Position numbers and translations under genes: made by a program
In this document: one piece after another, positions 1-9,342 of the stretch
How the letters are laid out: each line of letters begins with the position of its first letter
Numbering within the stretch: the first letter of the stretch is position 1
Source of the DNA: Mustelus asterias
Taxonomy: Eukaryota
Length of the DNA: 40,312 bases
Direction of reading: 5' to 3'
NCBI RefSeq assembly: GCF_964213995.1
Contig: NW_027591211.1
Coordinates: 62,001-102,312 of the forward strand
Notes under the pieces: generated by a model
What the model saw: the letters and a program-made list of their open reading frames with translations, nothing else
Databases searched by the model: none
What the model was told of the DNA's origin: nothing

Positions 1-480
1 TTCACACGCTCTCTCACAATTCCTCTTGCACACGCATCTCTCTCTCTCTCTCACACACATATTTATATTTCTCTTGCGCACACTATCTCACACCTCTACA
101 TTCTTGCTCTCACACACTGGCTCTCTCACAAACACATTCACAAACATAGAACATGCACACACTCTAACACACACTCTTACACACAGACACGGTCTCTCAC
201 ATAAGCACAGTCTCGCGCACACATTCTCTCTCTCACACACACATGCACTATCCCTCTCACATTCCCTCTTCCGTACACTCTCACTTCGTCTCACACACAT
301 TCCCATGCTCTCACTCATACGGACACTTGCACACGCATTCTCTCACACAGGTACATATTTCTCTCTCTTTCACCCGCTCACTCCCTTACACATTGTCTCA
401 CACACGCACAATCTTGCTCTCAAACACTGTCTCTCACAAACACCCTCTCTTTCACACGCACACAATCTCGCACACAGTCT
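1..480. repeat. Degenerate (CA)/(CT) low-complexity tract
   Basis: Almost entirely CACA/CTCT words; the His/Thr/Leu/Ser ORFs here are artefacts. Confidence 0.9.
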
Positions 481-481
481 C

Positions 482-1085
482 ATAGAACATAGAACATAGA
501 ACAGTACAGCACAGAACAGGCCCTTCGGCCCACGATGTTGTGCCGAGCTTTATCTGAAACCAAGATCAAGCTATCCCACTCCCTATCATCCTGGTGTACT
601 CCATGTGCCTATCCAATAACCGCTTAAATGTTCCTAAAGTGTCTGACTCCACTATCACTGCAGGCAGTCCATTCCACACCCCAACCACTCTCTGCGTGAA
701 GAACCTACCTCTGATATCCTTCCTATATCTCCCACCATGAACCCTATAGTTATGCCCCCTTGTAATAGCTCCATCCACCCGAGGAAATAGTCTTTGAACG
801 TTCACTCGATCTATCCCCTTCATCATTTTATAAACCTCTATTAAGTCTCCCCTCAATCTCCTCCGCTCCAGAGAGAACAGCCCCAGCTCCCTCAACCTTT
901 CCTCATAAGACCGACACTCCAAACCAGGCAGCATCCTGGTAAATCTCCTCTGCACTCTTTCCAGCGCTTCCACATCCTTCTTATAGTGAGGTGACCAGAA
1001 CTGCACGCAATATTCCAAATGCGGTCTCACCAAGGTCCTGTACAGTTGCAGCATAACCCCACGGCTCTTAAACTCCAACCCCCTC
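482..1085 (-). mobile_element. 5'-truncated CR1 (HER1-like) LINE, young copy
   Basis: ORF 566-1177(-) gives the uninterrupted CR1 ORF2 C-terminus (LYRTLVRPHLEYCVQFWSP...LERVQRRFTRMLPG...FFTQRVVGVWNGLP). The (CATAGAA)n tail is at 481-503. Candidate 7-bp target-site duplication CAGTCTC at 475-481 and 1086-1092. Confidence 0.95.
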
Positions 1086-1262
1086 CAGTCTCTCCTCCTC
1101 TTATACACGAACACACATGTATATACAATGTATCTCTCTTTAAACACTCCACCTACCACAGACACATGTTCTCTCAACAGTCAATTCACTCACACACACT
1201 CACGCATCCACTCTGTCTAAGTTTCACACTTTTTCTCGCTCACACACACTCTTCCCGCCCCT

Positions 1263-1298
<36 letters not shown>

Positions 1299-1815
1299 TC
1301 AAACACCCCACATTGCTTCTATCATCCACACACATTGTACACATCTTTCTCACTCACACGCCATCCCATGCACAGTTTCACACAGTGATGAACATATTAT
1401 TTTGCTTTCCAATAGGCACTCCCTCTCACACACACTGTCTTTCACATGAACACAACACTCTCCCACACACATAACCTCCCTCTCAGGCACACACACTCTC
1501 TTTCACAGACATCGTGTATCTCAAATAGACACACTCCCTTTCACATCAACATACACACAATCACACACAGAAGTACTCTTTCACACAGACTCCCCACACA
1601 CACTCTCCCCGCCCCTCCACACGCATACATTTTCAAGAAGAGACACACTCTCACACACAAAGAATAACTCTTCAAACACACATTCTGTCTCTCACACACA
1701 CATTATCTCACACATCCTTTCTCTCACGTACACTCTCTCCTCTTGCACGCACAGCCCACTGTCTCACACACGTGCAAACGCATTCTATCATACACAGGCA
1801 TCCTCACACACACGT

Positions 1816-1877
<62 letters not shown>

Positions 1878-1940
1878 CCTCTATCTCTCTCTCCCTCTAT
1901 CGCTCTCTCTCTCTCGCTCTCTCTCACACACACACTTTCG
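1086..1940. repeat. Low-complexity CA/CT tract with (CA)n ~1264-1292 and (CT)n ~1815-1925
   Basis: Direct inspection. Confidence 0.9.
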
Positions 1941-1984
1941 GTCTCACATACGTCAGAGTGTCTGTCCTTGACACCATAGAGTAG

Positions 1985-2293
1985 AATCATAGGATCCTAC
2001 AGTGCAGAAGGAAGCCATTCAGCCCATCGAGTCTGCACCAACAGCAATCCCACCAAAGCCCTATCCCCATAACCACATGTATTTACCCTAACTCGTCACC
2101 CTGACACTAAGGGGCAATTTTAGCACGGCCAATCCACCGAACCCACACATCGTTGGACTGTGGGAGGAAACAGGAGCACCCGAATGAAACCCAAACAGAC
2201 ACGGGGGGAACTTGCAAACTCCACACAGACAGTGACCCAGTCGGGAATCCAACTCTGAGGCAGCAGCGCTAATCACTGTGCCACGGTGCCACC
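1985..2293 (-). mobile_element. HE1-type tRNA-derived SINE
   Basis: Reverse complement starts GGTGGCACCGTGGCACAGTGATTAGCGCTGCTGCCTCA (A-box head), followed by the GTCTGTGTGGAGTTTGCA core and a CR1-derived tail (GAATGGCTTCCTTCTGCACTGTAGG). Confidence 0.85.
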
Positions 2294-2429
2294 ATCCCCC
2301 CCCCCCCCCCCCGACCGCCCCCCCCCCCCCGACCCCCCCCCTCCCCCCGACCCCGGTAGCATTTGAATGAGGGTGGGATCAAGGGGCCCGAGTAAAACTC
2401 AAGTCAATAAGAATCGGCGGGAAATTCTT

Positions 2430-2600
2430 CTCTGTTTGAAGTCATACTTAGCAGAAAGCAACATGGTATTGGTGGTTGGAGGGCAAACATCTAAGTTCAG
2501 ATTTCACTGCAGGATTTCGGCAGGGGAGTGTTTTGGGAGCAACAATCTTCTACTGCTTCAACAGTGACATTCCCTCCAACATGAGGTCAGAAGTAGGAAT
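2430..2600 (+). mobile_element. Decayed CR1-like RT fragment
   Basis: Resembles the WxxSYLxxRxxxVVVGG...GVPQGSVLGP segment of CR1/L2 RT (LKSYLAESNMVLVVGGQTS in ORF 2367-2567). Confidence 0.55.
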
Positions 2601-2929
2601 TTCCATGTGTTACACCGGACAAAAACACCCAAAAAATAAGAAGGGAATTGGCTGAGACCAAGGCCGCCTGGCTCCCCAATACTGGTGTAAACTTGGTGTT
2701 TGATTCCTGTGCGACCCATCCTAGTTTTGCTGTCAGCTTCCCTGCAGCTCCCTCAGTCTGACTATTTGTTCACTGGTACGTGTTTCTTAAAGAAAGACAC
2801 CGACATTAAAGCAGCTGCCCGGTGATTTACACATCCCTGTTACTGAAAGCTGATCAATGTGGAGAATCGGGAAAAGATCGATGGAGAGGAAGAGGTGGAG
2901 GTGGCCCACTGACTCTGTCACCGTCAACC

Positions 2930-4410
2930 ACATTTACTCACTCACCCTCAATCTCTCATCCTCACTCAAAGAACTTGACTCACTCACCCTCACTTATCCA
3001 CCTTCCCTCGCTGACACACTCTCACTCATTCATCCCCACTCACAAATCCCAACTCACTCATCCCAACTCACTCATCCCAACTCACTCACCCTTGCTCACT
3101 CATCCACCCTCACACACTCAATTTCACACACTCAATCTCATACACTCAACTTCACACACTCAATCTCACGCACTCAACCTCAGAAACTCATTGATCCTCA
3201 TTCACCCTGAGTCACTCACCCTCACACCCTCACTCACTCAAAATCACTCACACACATTCGCTCACTCACTCTCACCCATCCTCACTCACTCACCCTCATT
3301 CACTCACATTCACACCCTCATTCACTCACCAGCACTCACTTACTCACTCAGACACACTCGCCCTCACACACCCTCACTCACTCATCCTGATTCACTCATT
3401 GTCACTCAGTCACCCACACTCACACGCTATCACTCACTCAATCTCACTCACTAACCCTCAGTCACTCAGTCAGAGCCTCAGTCACTCACCAACACTCATA
3501 GTCACCTTCGTTCACTCATCCCACTAACACACCCTCACTCACCCAGTCTCACTCACTCAGCCCACTTACCCACCCTCACTTATCCAGTCTCACTCACTCT
3601 CACTCACCCTCACTCACCCCACTTACCCACCTTCACTCATCCAGTCTCAATCACTATCACTCACTCACCGCACTTACCCTCCCTCATCATCCAGTCTCAA
3701 TCTCACTCACTCACCCTCACTCACTCTCCCCACTTACCCACCCTCACTCACCCAGACGCACCCCTACACGCTCAAGCTCAATTACCCTCCCTCTCTCACG
3801 TACGCCACCTGACCCATTCAAACTCACTGAGACTCACGCACCTACATTCACTCACACACCCTCACATATTCACCATCACTCACGTTCACCCACCCTAACT
3901 CACAGATCCTCAATCACTCATCCTCAGTCAAACACCTTTACTCACTCGCCTTCACTCATCCACCCATCCGCATTCATTCTCGCTCACACACTCTCACACA
4001 CCACCCTCAATAACACACCCTGACTCACTCACTCTCTCACCCTCACTTACTAAGTCACATTCACTCCTCACCCTCATTCACTCGCTCTCACTCACCCACC
4101 TTCACTAACCTTCACGCATCCTCACTCACACACCCTCATTCATTCTCTCTTACCGGCACTCACTCACCCACCTTCACTCACACATTCAGCCACCTTCACT
4201 CACCCACCCTCTCTCACACACCCTCATTTACTCACGCTCTCTCACCCTCACCCACACTCACTCACTCATCCTCAATCACTCATCCTCACTGAAAGAACTT
4301 CAATCACTCACCCTCACTTACCCACCTTCGTCACTCACACACCATCACTCATCCACTCTCACTCCTTCAATCACTCACCCTCACGCACTCACATTCTCTC
4401 ACTCACACTC
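2930..4410. repeat. Degenerate (CTCA/CACT/CACCC) C-rich low-complexity repeat
   Basis: About 1.5 kb of CACTCACCCTCACTCA-like words, with G nearly absent from the + strand. Confidence 0.9.
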
Positions 4411-4544
4411 GCTAAACCTGTGTGTGGAGGTCTGCAACGAGAGAGAAGAAAGATCTCAAGCGGCAGTTTGGTGTTCAAATGTGGGAGCTGCCCTGCGAAT
4501 GTGGAGAGCTGGGGGGAATCCCTGGGGGCTCATGGCCAAGGACA

Positions 4545-5150
4545 ATGGCAAAGAGCCGGGGAGAACAGGAGGTGTGCTAAAGGGCAGAGAGCCGGGGGGG
4601 AAGGGCAGAGAGCCTGGGGAATGGGCCCACAGCCGGGCAACAGGGCTGAGAGCCGGGAAAGGGCAGAGAGTCAGGAGAAAGTGCAGAGAGCCAGAAGAAA
4701 GGGCAGAGAGCTAATAGAAAGGGCAGGGAGCCAGGTGAAAGGGCAGAGAACCAGGAGAAAGGACAGAGGGACCAGGGAAAGAGGAGAGAGCCAGGATAAA
4801 GGGCAGGGAGGCCGGGGAAAGGACAGAGAGCCGAGGGAAAGGACAAGAGAGCCCACAGGAAAGGGCAGAGAGTCAGGGGGAAAGGCAGAGAGTCAGGGGG
4901 AAAGGGCAGAGAGCCAGGGGAAAGGGGAAAGTGGATATGGAGCAGGGACACCGGGCAGAGAGCCGGGGGAAAGGGTAGGGAGCTGAGGGAAAGGGCAGGG
5001 AGCCGGGGGAGAGGGGACAGAGCTGGAGGGAAGTGTAGAGAGCCAGGTGGAAGTGCGGAGAGCCGGGTGAAAGGAGAAAAGAGCCACAGGGAATAGCAGA
5101 GAGCCAGGGGAAAGCGCAGAGAGTCGGGGAAAATGGGCAGAGAGTGGGTG
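4545..5150 (+). repeat. G/purine-rich degenerate tandem repeat, ~20-bp unit AAGGGCAGAGAGCCRGGGGA
   Basis: Recurring GGGCAGAGAGCC(A/G)GGG..AAA words, roughly 25-30 units by eye; T almost absent. Confidence 0.85.
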
Positions 5151-5469
5151 ATCGACGGGCGGAGTGAGGATGTGCAAAATAGAGCTATCACCACAACCAG
5201 ATCATCTGTAATCTCAGTGAATAATGGAGGAGACTTCAGGGCGGGAATGGCCAACTCATGCTATTAATGTATGACCCTTCAATTAGTCAATGTTGCAATT
5301 ATTTGAATTTGTAATCACATTTAGAGTTTCCTGGTCATTCAGTAAGTATTCATTCCGAAGGTAGTTTTGAAGCAAAGTCACTAATCTTCGTTTTGTGGAG
5401 TGAGAGGCAGTGAGTTGGAGAGAGGAAGGGACATCAGCTAGTTTGTACACAGGCAATATCCAAAACTAC

Positions 5470-5592
5470 AATGTGGATATGCCGACGCTAGGTTGGGGTG
5501 GGCACAGTAAGGAGTCTCACAACACCAGGTTAAAGTACAACAGGATTATTTGGAATCGTGAGCTTTTGGAACTCTTTCATCAGGCGAGTGGC
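5470..5592 (-). mobile_element. Decayed Penelope-like element terminal fragment with degenerate hammerhead core
   Basis: Homologous to the 13349 and 28814 copies. The minus strand reads CGC-CTGATGA-AAGAGTTCC-AAAA-GCTC, so GAAA is mutated and stem II has collapsed. Confidence 0.7.
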
Positions 5593-5890
5593 TGATATGA
5601 ATGAAGAGACACCGTCTTCATCACAAAGTGCTGTTGTTTGAGAAATAGCTCGTGCCTGAAGTAATGGAGAAACTCTTTACACTTCTCTGTTAATCCAATG
5701 AATGGTATGTCATTACAATGACATCAAAATGTTTTTGTCTTTCCAATCTGATAGAGGTCGAGACAGTGATGTGAGTTTCTACAAAGATGGCGATTCTCAA
5801 ATGATAGGAGTAACAAAAGCTGAAAGGTGTATGTAGGTCTTAATCGGGAAATATAAAGTTAAGTTCATAATTCTAGACAAATCGTGATGT

Positions 5891-6035
5891 AGAAACATAG
5901 AAAATAGAAGCAGGAGTAGGCCATTCGGCCCTTTGACCCTGCTCTACCATTCACTTTGATCACAGCTCATCAATATCCTGACCCCGTCTACAACCCATAT
6001 CCATTGATCCCTTTAGCCCCAAGAACTATACCTAA
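5891..6035 (-). mobile_element. CR1 3' tail fragment
   Basis: AGAAACATAGAAAATAGAAGCAGGAGTAGGCCATTCGGCCC is the reverse complement of a CR1 3' end like that at 24090-24175. Confidence 0.75.
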
Positions 6036-6122
6036 TATTGAAACTTACTTGTATAAATATGTTTGACTAATTAATAAACGCAAGTAAGAGTCTAACTTGT
6101 TGAATCGACTATTCTTTCCCAG

Positions 6123-6422
6123 CGACACCGTCTCCGCCCACTCTCTACAGCCTCGTCTCTTCCTGTCAGCAACACAACTCCGCTGGCTCCATCACCTACG
6201 GCTGTTTGGCGATGGACTACTCTCCAGATGTCTCCAAACTGACCTGGAAGAAAAATGGGCAGCTGATCGCCACTGGATTTAAGACTTATCCATCAGTGAG
6301 AAACGCGAAGGGAACCTATACCCTGAGCAGCCAGTTAACCATCACCCAGTCAGAGGGAGAGTGCAGCAAAATCGACTGTGAGGTTCGACACAGCGACTCC
6401 GTCAAGAGCATTGGAATGCAAT
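6123..6422 (+). CDS. IGHM: Immunoglobulin mu heavy-chain constant exon 1 (Cmu1), cartilaginous-fish type
   Basis: Branch point CTAAC at 6092-6096, acceptor TATTCTTTCCCAG ending 6122, donor GTAAGT at 6423; 300 nt, phase 1-1, no stops. Translation (A)[99 protein letters not shown] has the C1-set Cys/Trp/Cys and the [19 protein letters not shown] and KTYPSV...GTYTLSSQL motifs I recognise from shark IgM CH1. Confidence 0.93.
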
Positions 6423-6569
6423 GTAAGTGTTGTGGAACTTGGGCAAGACAGGAACGCTGTGATTGAACTGTATAAGGCTTTAGTTATAACTGATCTGTAG
6501 CATTCTGAAAAAAATTGAATTATTCAAAATCCAAGTAAGTGTCTACTGACTGAAAAGTTGTTCAGAACC

Positions 6570-7371
6570 AAAGAACAACAGGACTATTACTGTGCAGAAT
6601 GAGGCCATTGAGCCCATCATGTCTGTGCTGGCCAAAAGGGAGAACAAATAAACTAGCCAGACATTTGGAGCCCATTTTCCAGCCCTTGCGCCGTAGCCGT
6701 GCAGGTTAAAGCACCTGAGATGCAGACGTAATGACCTTTTAAATGACCATGCTTCCTGGTAATTGAGCCCTCGACTTGGGGGATGAATTATTTCTGCCTA
6801 CGTCCCTTCTAATTTTGTGAACCACAATTATGTCACGCCTCAGCCTCCTCTTTTTCTAAGGAGAAAAACCCCTGCCTATCCAATCTCTCCTCATGGCGGG
6901 AATTTTCAGTCCCTGGCAACATTCTTGTCAGCGTCATCTCTCTCTAGAGCCATTACGTCATTCCTGCAACGTGGTGACCAGAACTGTACAGCAAACTCCA
7001 AACGTAGCCTAACTAGCGTTTTATACAGCTCCATCATTGCATCACTGTTTTTGCATTCAATATCTCACATAATAGAGGAACTAATCCGATATGCTTTCTT
7101 GATCAACTTTTCCAGCTGCCCTACCATCTACAAGGACCTGTGGACATGCACTCCATGGTCTTGCATTTCCTCAATCCCTCGAAATCTTCCATTTTATCGA
7201 CTATTCCCTTGCTTTGTTTGCCCTCCCAAATTCATTGCGTGGCACTTTTGACGGTTGAATTCCATTCGCTATTTCCCTACCAATTCAACCAAACCATGGA
7301 TATAATTCCCAAATTGGCAGCTCCGGTGCTAAAATAAAAGCATTAATTTTAAGTGTTGTCAGTTGAACCTT
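6570..7371 (-). mobile_element. Old, heavily decayed CR1 LINE 3' portion
   Basis: GTGGTGACCAGAACTGTACAGCAAACTCCA (antisense of LExxVQFWSP) at ~6972-7000, WxMEFNxxKC-like remnant at ~7240-7275, CR1 tail GAGGCCATT..GCCCATC at ~6600. Confidence 0.75.
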
Positions 7372-9314
7372 CAAGGGGCAGCCCTGCCGTACTCCTCTCC
7401 CGAAGCGAAGGGGCGCCGTCAGGGACCCGTTAACCTTAATCAGACACTCTGCGGCAGAGTACAGTAATCGGATCCGGGCGACAAAATGCGTCCCGAACCC
7501 GAATGCCCGCAGAGTCCCGAGTAAATACTCGTGCTCCACCCTGTCGAACGCCTTCTCCTGATCTAATGACAAGAAGGCGCCCGACAGACCAGCCCTCTGG
7601 GTGTGATGGATTAGGTCCCGGACCAGGTGGAGATTGTCATGTATGCAACGGCCCGGGACCGTGTAGGACTGGTCAGGGTGGATCAAGTGGTCCAGCACGG
7701 ATCCAAGGCGTGAAGCCATAGCCCTGGCAAAGATTTTATAATCCGTGCTGAGGAGGGAGACCGGGCGCCAGTTCTTGAGCAGGTGGAGATCCCCCTTCTT
7801 GGGCAGCAGGGCAATGACGGCCCTGCGCCACGAAAGGGGCATCTCCCCGGTAGCGACGCTCTCCCCCAGGACCCCCGCGTAGTCGCTCCCCAGGACGTCC
7901 CAGAACGCCCTGAAGAACTCTACTGTCAGCCCGTCCAGCCCAGGGGCCTTGCCCCGGCTGAGGCCATTTAGGGCGCCGGTCAGCTCGGCCATGGTGGTAG
8001 GGGCCTCGAGCCTGCCGACGCCCTCCGGGCTGACCTGCGGCAGGTCCTCCCACAGAAGTCTGCGGGCATCCTCGCTGGACGGATCCGGAGAGAAGAGCGA
8101 GGTGTAATACTCCCGGGCAATGGCCCGGATGCCCTCCGGATCCGAGACGGGGGAACCGTCGTCGGCCAGCAGCGTAAGGAGCTGCTGACGGTTAGCCCGC
8201 CCTCTTTTCAGCGAGTAGAAGAAGGGGGAGCCGCGGTCCAGGTCCACCTGGAACTGGAGCCGCGACCTCACGTACGCGCCGCGAGACCTGGCAAGCTGCA
8301 GGTCCCGCAGCGCGTCCTTCTTCTCCCTGTACTCCGAACGCAGGGCTGGGTCCGCGTCAGGCCGACTGAGACGTGCCTCCAGGTCGAGCACCTCCTTCTC
8401 CAACTCCTCGAGCCTGGATTTCCGCCTCTTTGTCGACCCCCTCGCGTACCCCTGACAGAAGGTACGGACGTGAGTCTTGCCCACATCCCACCAGAGCCTC
8501 AAGGAGGGGAAGCCTCCCCGCTTCCTTCTCCAGCCGGCCCAGAATCGATGGAACGAGTCCAGGAAGCGCTCGTCCTCCAGTACGCGGACCCCCGCCGGAT
8601 GCGAGACGGCGCAAAGTCCGCCCACACCAGGCTGTGGTCCGTGCTCGACACCGACCGCATGGAGACCGAGGACACGCCGGACACGTGCGCCTTCGAAATG
8701 TAAAGGCGGTCGAGCCTGGACGCTCCGACTCCAGGCCTCATGAAAGTGAAGGCGCTGGAGCCAGGATGGAGATGTCTCCAGACGTCCACCAAGTCGTGGG
8801 ACCCGATCAGGTCCCGCAACTTCACCACCGCCGGAGTGCGCAGCCAGGGGCCGGTGCGGTCCCGTGCCTCGAGGAGGCAGTTGAAATCTCCCCCGAGGGT
8901 AATGCATTCGCCTCCCGCGATGGTGTCGATGTGAGCGGACACTTTCTCGTAGAAAGTCGTTTGCTGCGGTCCAGCGGTCGGGGCGTAGACATTCAGCAAG
9001 TGAATGACCACGCCCCCCTCACGGACCGTCAAGTGCAGCAACCGGCCTGGCACCGGCTCCTTGACCCCCAAGATCTCCGGCTTATAACGCGGGGCCAACA
9101 AGATAGCCACCCCGCAAGAAGCGAGCGTGAGGTGGCTCATGTAGACCGCCCCTCGCCACTCCAGGAGCCATTGGGCTTCGTCTCCCGGAACGGTGTGGGT
9201 TTCCTGCAGGAAACACACCGCATACTTCCCGTCACGGAGGACCGAGAAGTTCTGGAACCTGCGGTGTGGCCCACTGCTGCCGTTGATGTTGAGGCTGGCT
9301 ATGGTCACCTTCAT
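7372..9314 (-). pseudogene. Tx1 ORF2 (APE endonuclease + N-terminal half of RT), frameshifted at ~8578 and truncated after QGCPL
   Basis: Endonuclease motifs SLNING, FLQETH, NVYAP, GGDFN, SRLDR, STDH (ORF 8499-9314). RT motifs KAPGLDG, NWRPVSLLSTDYKI, LSLDQEKAFDRV, GVRQGCPL (ORF 7285-8907). No YADD motif. Confidence 0.92.
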
Positions 9315-9342
9315 GTCAGCAGCTTTGTGCCACCGTCACCAC

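Noticed and set aside
2600-2627. RSS-like nonamer ACAAAAACA at 2619-2627 upstream of Cmu1
   Set aside because: No CAC heptamer at 12- or 22/23-bp spacing (TTTCCAT, AGAAGTA), and no D or J coding segment nearby.
2880-2932. GGTGGAGGTGGCCCACTGACTCTGTCACCGTCAACC as a possible JH segment
   Set aside because: No in-frame W/F-G-x-G-T motif, no upstream RSS and no splice donor after it.
5550-5590. Third hammerhead as a functional ribozyme
   Set aside because: GAAA core mutated to AAAA, stem II collapsed and stem I mismatched.
6423-6466. Read-through of the Cmu1 donor gives [14 protein letters not shown], with a penultimate Cys like a secretory tailpiece
   Set aside because: The donor is a perfect GTAAGT, the tail lacks the tailpiece N-glycosylation motif, no nearby AATAAA was seen, and the sequence resembles a decayed CR1 fragment; likely chance.
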